A stretch of DNA of 64,000 nt from Terriglobia bacterium (GTDB lineage: Bacteria > Acidobacteriota > Polarisedimenticolia > Polarisedimenticolales > JAIQFR01). Numbering within the stretch: the stretch's first letter is position 1; each line of letters opens with the position of its first letter. Made by a program: the position numbers and the translations under genes. The notes under the pieces are model-generated. The model was given only the letters and a program-made list of their open reading frames with translations. It did not search any database and was not told where the DNA came from. The DNA lies in assembly GCA_963748015.1 (NCBI GenBank), contig CAVVHE010000004.1:864001-928000 (forward strand), given 5' to 3'. This document shows, in pieces, positions 28,486-38,729 of this stretch.

Positions 28486-30262
28486 CGTCGCGCGGCTGCT
28501 GCACCGGACCGCGGGGTGCGGGCGAATCTCCGAGGCGGACGCGGCGTCCCGCCGCGAGGTGGTGCTCACCGGCTGGGTGCACCGCCGCCGGGACCTCGGG
28601 AACCTCATCTTCGTCGAGATGCGGGACGCGACCGGACGCGTCCAGATCGTCTTCGATCCGTCGAGCGCCCCCGAGGCCCACGCCGCCGCCCAGCACCTCC
28701 ACGCGGAGGACGTCGTGGGGGTGCGCGGCGCGGCGGTGCCGCGAGAAGCGATCAACCCGGACCACCCGACCGGACGCGTCGAGGTGCGAGTCGCGGAGCT
28801 CGTGATCCACAACCGGGCGGTCTTCGTTCCGTTCCCGGTGGACGAGGAGTCGGAGGCGAACGAGGAGGTGCGGCTGACGCACCGGTACGTGGACCTCAGG
28901 CGGCCTCGCCTGCAGGCCGCGCTGCGGATGCGCCACCGCCTCGCCGTCGCGGGACGCGGCGTGCTCGACGATCTCGGCTTCGTGGAGATCGAGACGCCGA
29001 TGCTCACGCGCTCGACGCCCGAGGGCGCCCGGGACTACCTCGTGCCGAGCAGGGTCCACCCAGGCCAGTTCTACGCCCTCCCGCAGTCCCCGCAGCTGTT
29101 CAAGCAGCTCCTGATGGTGGCGGGATTCGAGCGCTACTACCAGTTCGCCCGCTGCTTCCGCGACGAGGACCTGCGGGCGGACCGCCAGCCCGAGTTCACG
29201 CAGATCGACATCGAGATGTCCTTCGCCGAGCCCGAAACGATCTACGGCGTCGTGGAGCCGATCCTGGTCAGGATGTTTCGCGAGATCGGGGTCGACATCC
29301 CGGTCCCCTTCCGGCGGATGCCCTTCGCCGAGGCGATGGAGCGCTTCGGCAGCGACCGGCCGGACACCCGCTTCGGACTCGAGCTCCGCGACGCCGGGAG
29401 CTCCGCGTCCGGGAGCGGCTTCGCGGTCTTCGATTCGGCCCTGTCGAGCGGGGGGGCCGTGCGCGGCCTAGCGATCCCCGGCGGAGGGGACGCCTCGCGG
29501 AAGACGCTGGACACGTGGACCGCGTGGGCGCGGGAGGCGGGGGCGAAGGGGCTCGTGACGGTGAAGCTCGAGGCGGGCGGCGGGGTAGCCTCGCCCGCGC
29601 TCAAGGCGCTAGGCGAGGAGAGGACACGCGAGATCGCGGCGGCCGTGGGCGCGTCGGCCGGCGACGCGGCGGTCTTCGTCGCGGATGCGCGCGACGTGTG
29701 CAACCGGGTGCTGGGCTCGCTCAGGCTGAGGATCGCCTCGGAGCTGAAGCTCGCGGCCGCGGGACGCTGGGACCTCCTGTGGGTGGAGGGGTTTCCCCTC
29801 CTGCAGTGGGAGCCCGCCGAGCGGCGATTCGTCGCCTGCCATCACCCTTTCACCGCGCCGCGGTGGGGGGACCTCGACAGGCTGGAGTCCGATCCCGGCT
29901 CCGTCCAGGCGCAGGCCTACGACCTGGTGCTGAACGGGACGGAGATCGCCGGGGGGAGCATCCGGATCCACAGCAAGGAGATCCAGGAGCGGGTGTTCCG
30001 CTCGCTGTCCATCTCTCCCGAGGAAGCCACGGCGAAGTTCGGCTTCCTCCTGCGGGCCCTCGAAGCCGGGGCGCCGCCGCACGGAGGGATTGCGTTCGGG
30101 TTCGACCGGGTCTGCGCGATGCTGGCCGGGGCCGACTCGATCCGCGACGTCATCGCCTTCCCGAAGACGACGAGCGCCTCGTGCTTGATGACGGCGTCGC
30201 CCGCTCCCGTGGAGCCCGCGCAGCTTCGCGACCTTCACCTCCGCGTGACCGACCGGGAGTGA
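28475..30262 (+). CDS. aspS: Aspartyl-tRNA synthetase (possibly non-discriminating)
   Basis: GWVHRRRDLG, TPEGARDYLVPSR, LPQSPQLFKQ, CFRDEDLRADRQPEFTQ, GAPPHGG, IRDVIAFPK. Confidence 0.98.
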   Translation: MGNDVARLLHRTAGCGRISEADAASRREVVLTGWVHRRRDLGNLIFVEMRDATGRVQIVFDPSSAPEAHAAAQHLHAEDVVGVRGAAVPREAINPDHPTGRVEVRVAELVIHNRAVFVPFPVDEESEANEEVRLTHRYVDLRRPRLQAALRMRHRLAVAGRGVLDDLGFVEIETPMLTRSTPEGARDYLVPSRVHPGQFYALPQSPQLFKQLLMVAGFERYYQFARCFRDEDLRADRQPEFTQIDIEMSFAEPETIYGVVEPILVRMFREIGVDIPVPFRRMPFAEAMERFGSDRPDTRFGLELRDAGSSASGSGFAVFDSALSSGGAVRGLAIPGGGDASRKTLDTWTAWAREAGAKGLVTVKLEAGGGVASPALKALGEERTREIAAAVGASAGDAAVFVADARDVCNRVLGSLRLRIASELKLAAAGRWDLLWVEGFPLLQWEPAERRFVACHHPFTAPRWGDLDRLESDPGSVQAQAYDLVLNGTEIAGGSIRIHSKEIQERVFRSLSISPEEATAKFGFLLRALEAGAPPHGGIAFGFDRVCAMLAGADSIRDVIAFPKTTSASCLMTASPAPVEPAQLRDLHLRVTDRE

Positions 30263-30292
30263 GATCCGGGCTAGGGCGTGGGCGGATGCGCG

Positions 30293-30322
30293 TTGACCCC
30301 CGAGAATCGCATGTGCTATAGC
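30293..30322 (+). promoter_or_regulatory. sigma70-type promoter ahead of the lipoprotein-phoH operon
   Basis: TTGACC, 18 nt spacer, TATAGC with extended TG. Confidence 0.5.
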
Positions 30323-30353
30323 GTGGTTCGGTGGGGAGGAGGAGCGGGCTCGC

Positions 30354-30911
30354 ATGCTTCGGAGAGTTCCTCGGAGGAGCGCCGGGCTAGTCGTCTCAGC
30401 CTCTCTCGCGTTGGTCGCCGGGGCGTGCTGCCGGAAGCCGCCCTCGTCGGTCGTCGAGGTCAACTTGGCCTTGAGCCGGGCGAAGGACGCCTGCGCGGCC
30501 GTCTACGCGCCGCAGGAGCTCGCGGACGTCGAGCGCCGGGTCGAGGCGATGAACCGGCTCGCCGACGCCGGCAAGTGCCGGTCGGCCGGCTCCGCCGCCG
30601 AGCCGATGAAGCCGGAAGTGATGGCATTCTGCTCCCTGGTGGAAGCGCGCAAGGATCTAGCGCGGTCGGAGGCGGGGCGCGCCCTCGCCGATGCGGACGC
30701 GGCGATGGCGCGCGCGAGAGGCGGGGCCGCCGAACCGCCGTCGCCCGGAGCCCTCGATGCAGCGGAGCGAGCGCTGTCCATGGCGCGGAGAATGGGCGAA
30801 GACGCCTGCGCGTACCTCCGGGCGGCGGCGCTCGCTCGCGAGGCGGCCGAGGCGGCCGGAGGAGCGCGCGCCGCGGCGGTGGACGGCGGCGGAGAGGCAC
30901 GGCGAAACTGA
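30354..30911 (+). CDS. Putative helical, Ala-rich lipoprotein
   Basis: RBS GGAGGAG; signal ending LVAGAC; amphipathic helices with several Cys. Confidence 0.6.
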   Translation: MLRRVPRRSAGLVVSASLALVAGACCRKPPSSVVEVNLALSRAKDACAAVYAPQELADVERRVEAMNRLADAGKCRSAGSAAEPMKPEVMAFCSLVEARKDLARSEAGRALADADAAMARARGGAAEPPSPGALDAAERALSMARRMGEDACAYLRAAALAREAAEAAGGARAAAVDGGGEARRN

Positions 30912-30912
30912 C

Positions 30913-31923
30913 ATGAAGACCCTCGATCTCGGCCCACGGTCTCTCGAGGTCCTCTCGGGAACCCTAGACGAGACGCTCCGGTTGATCGAGGAGCGTTTCG
31001 GAGTTCGCGTGTCGGCGCGCGGAGACCGCGTAACGGTCGACGCCGACGGAGTGGACGGTCCCGCGAGGGAGGCCCGGGTCGAGGGCCTCTTGAGGCAGTT
31101 GGTCGGGCTCCACGATCGCGGTGTCGCCCTCCGAAAGGAAGACGTGCGAACGGCCATCGGGCTCGTCGAGCGCGATCCCGCGGTCCGCCTTGCCGACCAC
31201 TTCGTGCACGCCCGGCTCAAGCCGTCCGCGAAGAAGGCGGTGGTGCCGAAGTCCGCCAACCAGAGGCGGTACCTCGAGGCGATCCGCGACAACGACATGG
31301 TCATCGCGATCGGTCCCGCCGGGACCGGCAAGACCTACCTCGCGGTCGCGATGGCGATCACCTTGCTGCAGGAGAAACGGGTCCAGCGGATCATTCTCGC
31401 GAGGCCCGCGGTCGAGGCGGGGGAGCGCCTCGGGTTCCTCCCCGGGGACATCGCGGCCAAGGTGGATCCTTATCTCCGTCCGCTCTACGACGCTCTGTAC
31501 GACATGCTCGAGCCCGACCGGATCGAGAGCCTCCTCGAGCGAAGCATCATCGAGGTCGCCCCGCTCGCGTTCATGCGCGGCAGGACGCTGAACGAGTCCT
31601 TCGTGATCCTGGACGAAGGACAGAACACGACGTCCGAGCAGATGAAGATGTTCCTGACTCGAATCGGCTTCGACTCGAAGGCGGTCGTCACGGGCGACGT
31701 GACCCAGATCGACCTGCCTGCCGAGCGAATGTCGGGCCTCGTCGAGGCGAGAGAGGTCCTCTCGGGGATCCCGGGCATCGAGTTCGTGCATTTCGACGAG
31801 ACGGACGTCGTGCGCCACCCGCTCGTGCAGCAGATCATCCTGGCCTACGACCGGCGCGCGGCATCGCGGCGCGAGCCGCGTCCCGGCAAGAACGGTGCAG
31901 CGCCGGCGGAGACCGATCGATGA
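30913..31923 (+). CDS. phoH: PhoH-like ATPase
   Basis: GPAGTGKT, RPAVEAGERLGFLPGD, PLAFMRGRTL, DEGQN, GDVTQIDLP, DVVRHPLV. Confidence 0.96.
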   Translation: MKTLDLGPRSLEVLSGTLDETLRLIEERFGVRVSARGDRVTVDADGVDGPAREARVEGLLRQLVGLHDRGVALRKEDVRTAIGLVERDPAVRLADHFVHARLKPSAKKAVVPKSANQRRYLEAIRDNDMVIAIGPAGTGKTYLAVAMAITLLQEKRVQRIILARPAVEAGERLGFLPGDIAAKVDPYLRPLYDALYDMLEPDRIESLLERSIIEVAPLAFMRGRTLNESFVILDEGQNTTSEQMKMFLTRIGFDSKAVVTGDVTQIDLPAERMSGLVEAREVLSGIPGIEFVHFDETDVVRHPLVQQIILAYDRRAASRREPRPGKNGAAPAETDR

Positions 31924-34778
31924 CCGACGGGTCGTCCCCGCCGCGGACGCGGTCCGCGAGTCGGTTCGGCCTCCCCGCCGGATTGCGCGTCTCGGCGCGC
32001 CGCACGGCGGATCGCCTGCTCGGCACCGACCTGTTCTGGAGCGGCCTGCTCGTGGTCGTGGTGACGGCCCTCCTGCTGATCGGGGGCGGCCCCGGCGCGG
32101 AGCGCCCCCCGGGCGTCGGGGAGATCCTCGACCACGACATCGTCGCTCGGTCGCAGATCTCGATACCGGACGAGCAGCGGACCGAGGCGATGCGGCGCGA
32201 AGTCGCCGATGCAGCGCCCGATGTCTACGTTCACGACAGGGCGCGGGGTGAGCGCCTGGCCGACCGGCTGCGTGCGCTGTTCGAGGCAGGGCGGTCCGCG
32301 CTCGAGAAGGCGAGGGCGGGGGAGAAGGCGGATGCCGCGAGCGAGATAGGGCGGTCGCTCGGGGAGGGTCTCTCCCCGCGGGAGATCGACGCGCTGGCCC
32401 GCCTCGAATTCTCCGCCGCCATCGAGCGGGAGTCGATCGGCGTCCTTCGCGGCGTCATGGGGAACCTCATCGTCGGGAGCAAGGCGCTCCTCCTGGGCAA
32501 CGCCCCGGTTCTCCTGGTACACGTGCCGGGAGGAGGAGAGAGCCGCCTGCCGGGTCCGGCGATGCTCCTCGATCTCGAAGACGCGCGACGGCAGGCTCGT
32601 GCCGCCGTCGGCGCGAGGCTCACGATCGATCCCGACGACAGGGACGCGGTGGCGGACCTTGTCGCGTACTTCGTCGACGTCAACGTCGTTTTCGATCCCG
32701 GAGCGACCGCCGCGCGGCGGGACGCGGCGCTCGGATCGGTGCCCGCGGCGGTCCGGACCGTCCCCAAGGGGACCGTTCTCGCGCGCGCCGGGGAGAAGCT
32801 CACACCGGAGAGCCTCGCGCGCGTCGAGGCTTCGCGGGGCACGCGGCGCGGGAGAATCGGCCTCTCCGGCTTCGCGGGAATCCTGGTCATCTCCGCGTTC
32901 CTGGCCTTCTTCCTCCACCGGTACACCCGCTACCACCAGCGCTACTTCAGGAAAGTGCGCAACCTCCACGCGCTCCTCGCGCTGGTCATGATTTCGATGC
33001 TCCTCCTCTCGAGGGCGATGATCTGGATCGCGCAGGAGGTTTCCGACAACCTGACGCCTCCCTTCAGCGAGCCTTCGAGCTACATCAACCTCATCCCGCT
33101 GGCCGGAGGCTCGATCCTCGTCGCCCTCCTCGCGAGCGGCCGCATCTCGATGGTCTACTCGGGGTTCCTCGCGCTTCTCTTCGCCGCGCTGAACGGCTGG
33201 AACGCTTACGTGATGACGTGGGCGCTTCTCGTGCAGTGGGCGGGGATCTACGCGATCACGACGTACCGCGAGCGGGCCGCGCTGCTGCGAGCCGGCCTGG
33301 TCGCCGGGGTGGCCGGCGCCGTCGCGGCGCTCGCCGTGGCGGCGGTCCGCGACGGGCTGCTCCCGCCGTCGCGCGGGTTCTTCGAGGCCGGGCTCGCCTT
33401 CGTCGGGGGAGCGGTGGGCACGGGCCTCATCGTCTCGTTCGCGCTCCCCCTGTTCGAGGAGCTCTTCAGGGTCCTGACGGACATCCGCCTGCTGGAGCTT
33501 TCCAACGTCAACCACCCGCTGCTGTCGGAGTTCGCCGTGAAGGCGCCGGGTTCGTACAACCACAGCCTGGTGGTCGGGACGCTGGCGGAGGAGGCCGCGA
33601 GGGCCATCGGCGCCAACTCGCTCTTCTGCCGGGTGGCGGCCTTCTACCACGACATCGGCAAGATCCGGAAGCCGGAGTACTACGTCGAGAACCAGCACGG
33701 CTCGAACCCCCACGACCGCCTGTCGCCGTTCATGTCGGCGCTGATCATCGCCGCTCACGTCAAGGACGGGATCCGCCTCGGGCGCGAGGCGGGGCTTCCC
33801 GAGCAGATCGTCGACGTCGTCCCGCAGCACCACGGGACGCGGCTGATGTCGTACTTCTACGACAAGGCGCGCAGGGCGGCCGATCCGTCGCTCGGCCCCG
33901 TCACCGAGGCCGACTTCCGCTATCCGGGACCCAAGCCGCAGAACAAGGAGACGGCGATCTTCATGCTGGCGGACGCCATCGAGGCCGCAGCGCGCACGCT
34001 CGACGATCCCACTCCCGGCCGCCTGGGCGAGCTGATCCACAAGATGGCGCAGACCATCGTTCTCGACGGGCAGCTCGACGAGTGCGACCTGACCTTCGCC
34101 GACCTCGAGAGGATCGAGGAGTCGTTCCTCCGGACGCTCACCAGCATGTACCACCACCGCGTGGACTATCCCGGATTCGATTTCGGGCGATCCCGCTCCA
34201 ACGGGAAGACCGCCGGCGCCGGGGCCGGATCGGCGGCCGACCAGGAGCGCGCCGCGGTGAGTGGGAAGGGGATGGCCCGAGCGGGCGCGGAACGCGGAGC
34301 GCGCTCTCGCGAGGTCGAGGTCGAAGTGGTGAGCCGCCTGCGCCGTACAGGTGCGGGCCCTCGCGCGCTCGAGCGTTTCCTGGCGCGCCTCTCGCGGGAG
34401 GTTCCGGCCCCGGCCGGCGCGCGGATGTGCCTCTGCCTCCTCTCCGACCCCTCGATGCGGCGGCTGAACGGCGAGTTTCGCGGCAAGTGGGCGACGACCG
34501 ACGTCCTCGCTTTCCCCGGGGGCGGCGCGCGCGATCCCGAGGGGCGCGTGCTCCTCGGAGACGTCGCGATCTCCGTCCCGAGGGCCGCGGCGCAGGCGCG
34601 CGAGGAAGGCCACTCCGTGGCGCGCGAGGTGCGCATCCTTGCCCTTCACGGGTATCTCCACCTGCTCGGCTACGATCACGAGACGGACAGGGGCGAGATG
34701 ATGCGGCTCGAGGGGCGGCTGGCGAGGCGTTTGATCGCGCGCCGGCCCGCCGGCCGGGCGCCGGGGGCCCGCCGGTGA
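31920..34778 (+). CDS. 7TM-HDIG phosphohydrolase (PgpH-like) fused in frame to YbeY
   Basis: Extracellular domain, about 7 TM helices, APGSYNHS, YHDIGK, HVKDG, QHHGT, LADAIEA; C-terminal about 165 aa carries LN..FRGK..TTDVLAF, LGDVAIS, HGYLHLLGYDHE. Confidence 0.9.
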   Translation: MTDGSSPPRTRSASRFGLPAGLRVSARRTADRLLGTDLFWSGLLVVVVTALLLIGGGPGAERPPGVGEILDHDIVARSQISIPDEQRTEAMRREVADAAPDVYVHDRARGERLADRLRALFEAGRSALEKARAGEKADAASEIGRSLGEGLSPREIDALARLEFSAAIERESIGVLRGVMGNLIVGSKALLLGNAPVLLVHVPGGGESRLPGPAMLLDLEDARRQARAAVGARLTIDPDDRDAVADLVAYFVDVNVVFDPGATAARRDAALGSVPAAVRTVPKGTVLARAGEKLTPESLARVEASRGTRRGRIGLSGFAGILVISAFLAFFLHRYTRYHQRYFRKVRNLHALLALVMISMLLLSRAMIWIAQEVSDNLTPPFSEPSSYINLIPLAGGSILVALLASGRISMVYSGFLALLFAALNGWNAYVMTWALLVQWAGIYAITTYRERAALLRAGLVAGVAGAVAALAVAAVRDGLLPPSRGFFEAGLAFVGGAVGTGLIVSFALPLFEELFRVLTDIRLLELSNVNHPLLSEFAVKAPGSYNHSLVVGTLAEEAARAIGANSLFCRVAAFYHDIGKIRKPEYYVENQHGSNPHDRLSPFMSALIIAAHVKDGIRLGREAGLPEQIVDVVPQHHGTRLMSYFYDKARRAADPSLGPVTEADFRYPGPKPQNKETAIFMLADAIEAAARTLDDPTPGRLGELIHKMAQTIVLDGQLDECDLTFADLERIEESFLRTLTSMYHHRVDYPGFDFGRSRSNGKTAGAGAGSAADQERAAVSGKGMARAGAERGARSREVEVEVVSRLRRTGAGPRALERFLARLSREVPAPAGARMCLCLLSDPSMRRLNGEFRGKWATTDVLAFPGGGARDPEGRVLLGDVAISVPRAAAQAREEGHSVAREVRILALHGYLHLLGYDHETDRGEMMRLEGRLARRLIARRPAGRAPGARR

Positions 34779-36040
34779 TCGCCGGAATGCTGATCGTCGC
34801 CGCGGTGCTGCTGCTCGCCGAGCTGGCGACCGCGGTGCTGCTTCTGGCGATTTCCGGCCTGAGCAGGGTCGCGCTCCGTCGCCTCGTCGCGGAGCAGCCC
34901 CGCTTCACCCTCCTCGAAGAGGTGCGGAGCGGGCGCTCGAGCCGCCGGATCGCCCTTCACGCCGCCCGGGAGAGCTGCCTCCTCGGCGCGAGCGCCGCGA
35001 TGGCGCTCGCGGCCCGGGCCGCCGGTCTGCCGCATCCCTGGCTCGTGGGACTCGCCGGCGGCGTGCTCGCGGGGGTGCTCGTGCTCGAGGGACTCGTCGC
35101 GCGCGGCCTGGCGCTCCGGGCCCCCCGCGCCGCCATCCGGGCCACCGCGTTCCTCGCGACGCCGATCCACGTCCTCTTCCTTCCGATCGCCGCGCCGATG
35201 GCCGCGCTTCTGGCCCGCTGGACGTCGGCGCGCGCGCGGGAGGAGGCGGAGGGAGAGGAGGACGAGGAAGAAGTGGACGCTTTCCTCGAGGTCGGAGAGC
35301 GCGACGGGATCCTGGAGGCCGGCGAGAGCCGGATGGTTCGCGGGATAGTGGACCTCTCCGAGACGAGAGCGCGCGAGATCATGACGCCGCGGACCGACAT
35401 CGTCGCCCTTCCCGCGGACGCCTCGATCTCGGACGCGCGCAAGGCGCTGCTGCGGACCTGGCACTCGAGGATTCCGGTCTACCGGGGGAATCTCGACAAC
35501 GTCGTCGGGGTCCTCGACGTGCGGGACGTCCTGAAGGCGGCCGACGGCGGGGCGGAGGCAATGCCGGTCGCGTCGTTCCTGCGCCCGGCCTTCTTCGTCC
35601 CCGAGACGCAGTCCACGGCGGACCTCCTCGCGCAAATGCGCACGAGGACCCGGATGGCGCTCGTGGTGGACGAGTACGGTGGTCTCGCCGGGCTCGTCAC
35701 CCTCGAGGACATCGTCGAGGAGATCGTCGGGGACATCCGCGAGGAGCACGAGCCCGAAGAAGCGGGAGTCCGGGCCGAGGCGGACGGCTGGTGGAGCGTC
35801 AGCGGGCTGGTGCACGTGGAGGAAATCGAACCGCTGTTCCTCGTCACCATCGGCGAGCGCGGCTTCGATACCGTCGGCGGCCTCGTGGTCGCCGCGCTCG
35901 GCCACGTGCCGTCGCCCGGAGCGAGGCTCGAGGCCCACGGGCTCGAGATCGAGGTGGTGGAGGCCGACAGGCGGCGGGTCTACCGGGTCCGGCTGCGGAA
36001 AGCGTCGCCGGCCGCGGAAATGGAGGGAGATCCGAAGTGA
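34775..36040 (+). CDS. Hemolysin/CorC-CNNM family membrane protein (TM + CBS + CorC)
   Basis: REIMTPRTDI, HSRIPVY, VVDEYGG..GLVTLEDIVEEIVGDI, TVGGLV; GTGA overlap. Confidence 0.92.
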   Translation: MIAGMLIVAAVLLLAELATAVLLLAISGLSRVALRRLVAEQPRFTLLEEVRSGRSSRRIALHAARESCLLGASAAMALAARAAGLPHPWLVGLAGGVLAGVLVLEGLVARGLALRAPRAAIRATAFLATPIHVLFLPIAAPMAALLARWTSARAREEAEGEEDEEEVDAFLEVGERDGILEAGESRMVRGIVDLSETRAREIMTPRTDIVALPADASISDARKALLRTWHSRIPVYRGNLDNVVGVLDVRDVLKAADGGAEAMPVASFLRPAFFVPETQSTADLLAQMRTRTRMALVVDEYGGLAGLVTLEDIVEEIVGDIREEHEPEEAGVRAEADGWWSVSGLVHVEEIEPLFLVTIGERGFDTVGGLVVAALGHVPSPGARLEAHGLEIEVVEADRRRVYRVRLRKASPAAEMEGDPK

Positions 36041-36950
36041 CCGAAGCCGATCGGACGGCAAGGCGCCACCGCGCCGGGATGGTGACGATCGCCGGCTGGA
36101 CGAACGTCGGGAAGTCCACCCTCCTGAACCGCCTCGTGGGAGAGAAGATCGCGGCGGTGTCGCCGGTCGCCCAGACGACCCGGCACCGGATCCTCGGTGT
36201 GCTGCATCTCGAGGGTCGCGGGCAAGTGGCGTTCGCGGACACGCCCGGGCTTCACGAGCCCCGCCACCGGATGAACCGCGCGATGGTGGAGATCGCCTGC
36301 CAGAGCCTCCGCGACGTGGACCTCGTGATCCTGGTCGTGGACGCCTCGCTGGGCCCCGGACCGGGGGACGAGCGCGCGGCATCTCTCCTCCGGCGGCTGC
36401 CGACACCGAGGATGGCGGTGCTCAACAAGATCGACCTCGTGCCGCGGAAGGAGAAGCTCCTTTCCATGATGAAGACGCTCGTGGACGACTGGGAGCTCGG
36501 GGAGGCCGTTCCGGTATCGGCCGCGACCGGCGAAGGGTGCGACCTGCTGGTCGAGCGGATTCTCGATCGTCTCCCCGAGGGCCCGCCCCTGTTCCCCGAG
36601 GACATGCTGACCGACCAGCCCGAACGGATCCTCGTCGCCGAGTGGATACGCGAGCAGATTCTCCTCAGGACGCGCCAGGAGATCCCCCACTCCGTCGCGG
36701 TGATCGTGGACAGCTGGAACACGCGCGCGGACGGCCTCGTCGAGATCGAGGCCACGATCCTCGTGGAGCGGGAGTCGCAGAAGGGAATCGTCATCGGGAA
36801 GGGGGGGCTCTGCTCAAGGCGATCGGCACCGACGCCCGGCGGGAGATCGAGCGGCTCCTCGGCTCCCGGGTCTACATCGGGCTCCACGTCCGCGCCAGGC
36901 CGGAGTGGCGGGACGACGACAGGACCCTCCACGAGATCGGTATCGGCTGA
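36037..36950 (+). CDS. era: GTPase Era, split by a 1-nt loss in the G7 run at 36801-36807
   Basis: NVGKSTLLN, QTTR, DTPG, NKID, EIPH, SQKGIVIGKGG; KH domain continues in the shifted frame as ALLKAIGTDARREIE...LHV...WRDD. Confidence 0.95.
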
Positions 36951-37024
36951 GCGCCCGCGCGGCCCCTTCTGATAGAATCCATGGTCCTTCACTTCAAATC
37001 TCCGCGATCGGGGAAGGGAGCGTC

Positions 37025-37803
37025 TTGGGCCGGCGGAACGACGACGCGTACGTGCTCGGGACACACGCGCTGGGCGAGGCGGATGTGATCGTGACCCTGC
37101 TGGCCGAGAGCTCGGGGCGAGTCCGCGGCGTCGCGCAGTCGGCGCGCAAGAGCCGGCGCCGCTTCGGCGGCGCTCTCGAGCCGCTCACCCGCGTGCGCGC
37201 GGCCTGGACCGAGCGCGAGGGACGGGAGCTGCACCGGATCGAATCCCTCGACCTCTCGCACTCCTACGCGGCGATGCAGGCCGACCCGGCGGGACAGGCC
37301 GCGTGCGCCGTGCTGGCGGAGCTGGCCGCCGCGGTCGCTCACGAGGGGGAGCCGGACCCCAAGGGGTTCCGCCTGCTCGGCGCGGTGCTCGGCGCGCTCG
37401 AGGCGGGGCTCGACGCCTGGACGGCGATCCGCTACTTCGAGTACTGGACGTTGAAGCTGCACGGGGTCCTGCACGAGACGGATGCCTGCTCCGCCTGCGG
37501 GCGCGAGATTTCCGGGAACGCCCCTCGAAAGGTCGAGGGCGGGATCGTGCGCTGCGCGACGTGCGACCGCGGGGCGGGGGGAACGGCCGTGCGCTGAAGC
37601 GCGACGACCTCGCGTTCCTCGCCGCCGCCCTCAGGACCGCTCCGTCGGGTCTCGCCGGCTTCGAGCGCGCCGCCCGCCCCGGGGGCGCTCTCGAAGCGCT
37701 CCTGCGGGGAGGCATCGAGTCCTTCGTGGAGCGGCGGTTCAGGACGTACCGGCATCTGGCGGCGGCGGTCGAGCCTCCGGCGGGGGAGGGAGTCCGACGA
37801 TGA
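37025..37803 (+). CDS. recO: DNA repair protein RecO (Zn-finger type), split by a 1-nt loss near 37571-37581
   Basis: [27 protein letters not shown], CxxC..CxxC; C-terminus continues in the shifted frame and ends overlapping glyQ (ATGA). Confidence 0.92.
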
Positions 37804-38729
37804 CCTTCCAGGACCTACTCCTCGCGATCCAGTCGTACTGGGCGGGTCGCGGTTGCGTGCTCCAGCAGCCGTACGACCTGGAAGTCGGCGCGGGAACCAT
37901 GCATCCCGACACGTTTTTCCGCGTCCTCGGGCCCGAGCCGTGGCGCGTCGCGTACTGCCAGCCGTCCCGCCGTCCGGGGGACGGTCGCTACGGCGCGAAC
38001 CCGATGCGCGTGTACAAGCACTACCAGTTCCAGGTCGTGCTCAAGCCGGCGCCGCTCGACGTGCAGGAGCTCTACCTCGACTCGCTGCGGGCTTTCGGCG
38101 TGGACCCGCGCGAGCACGACATCCGTTTCGAGGAGGACAACTGGGAATCGCCGACCCTCGGCGCGGCCGGCGTCGGGTGGCAGGTCCTGATGGACGGCAT
38201 GGAGATCTCGCAGTTCACCTACTTCCAGCAGTCCGGCGGCTTCGAGCTTCGCCCGGTCTCCGTGGAGCTGACCTACGGGCTGGAGCGGATCTGCATGTTC
38301 CTGAACGATATCCGCAGCATCTTCGACATCCCCTGGAACGGCGGCGTCACTTACGGCGACGTCCGTCATCGCGAGGAGGTCGAGCACTCGGCCTACAGTT
38401 TCCGCGAGGCGGACGTGCCGGTCCTGCGAGCGCAGTTCGCGCAGTGGGAGGCGGAATCGAAGCGCCTCGTCGCAGCGGAGTCCGACGGGGGGCCCCCGGG
38501 AGAGCATGGCCCCCTGGTCGTTCCCGCCTACGAGGCCGCCCTCAAGTGCTCGCATCTCTTCAACGTGCTCGACGCGCGGGGGGCGCTCTCGGTGACGGAG
38601 CGCGCCGCGAGCATCCAGAGGATTCGCCGGCTCGCTTGCCGGGCCGCGGAGGGGTATCTCGCGCAGCGCGAGGCGGCGGGTTTTCCGCTCCTTCGAGGCG
38701 CGGGCGGCGCCGGGACGGTGGTTCCATGA
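37800..38729 (+). CDS. glyQ: Glycyl-tRNA synthetase alpha subunit
   Basis: [56 protein letters not shown]. Confidence 0.98.
   Translation: MTFQDLLLAIQSYWAGRGCVLQQPYDLEVGAGTMHPDTFFRVLGPEPWRVAYCQPSRRPGDGRYGANPMRVYKHYQFQVVLKPAPLDVQELYLDSLRAFGVDPREHDIRFEEDNWESPTLGAAGVGWQVLMDGMEISQFTYFQQSGGFELRPVSVELTYGLERICMFLNDIRSIFDIPWNGGVTYGDVRHREEVEHSAYSFREADVPVLRAQFAQWEAESKRLVAAESDGGPPGEHGPLVVPAYEAALKCSHLFNVLDARGALSVTERAASIQRIRRLACRAAEGYLAQREAAGFPLLRGAGGAGTVVP

Noticed and set aside
26062..29007. 981-aa minus-strand ORF
   Set aside because: Only the last 300 or so codons look protein-like; the rest is antisense to hisS and aspS
33218..36040. 940-aa ORF suggesting an extended CorC protein
   Set aside because: N-terminal part is off-frame over the HD/YbeY gene; real start is the GTGA overlap at 34775
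36037..37803. era and recO as pseudogenes or programmed frameshifts
   Set aside because: Three independent single-G losses in G runs with otherwise intact genes fit sequencing error better
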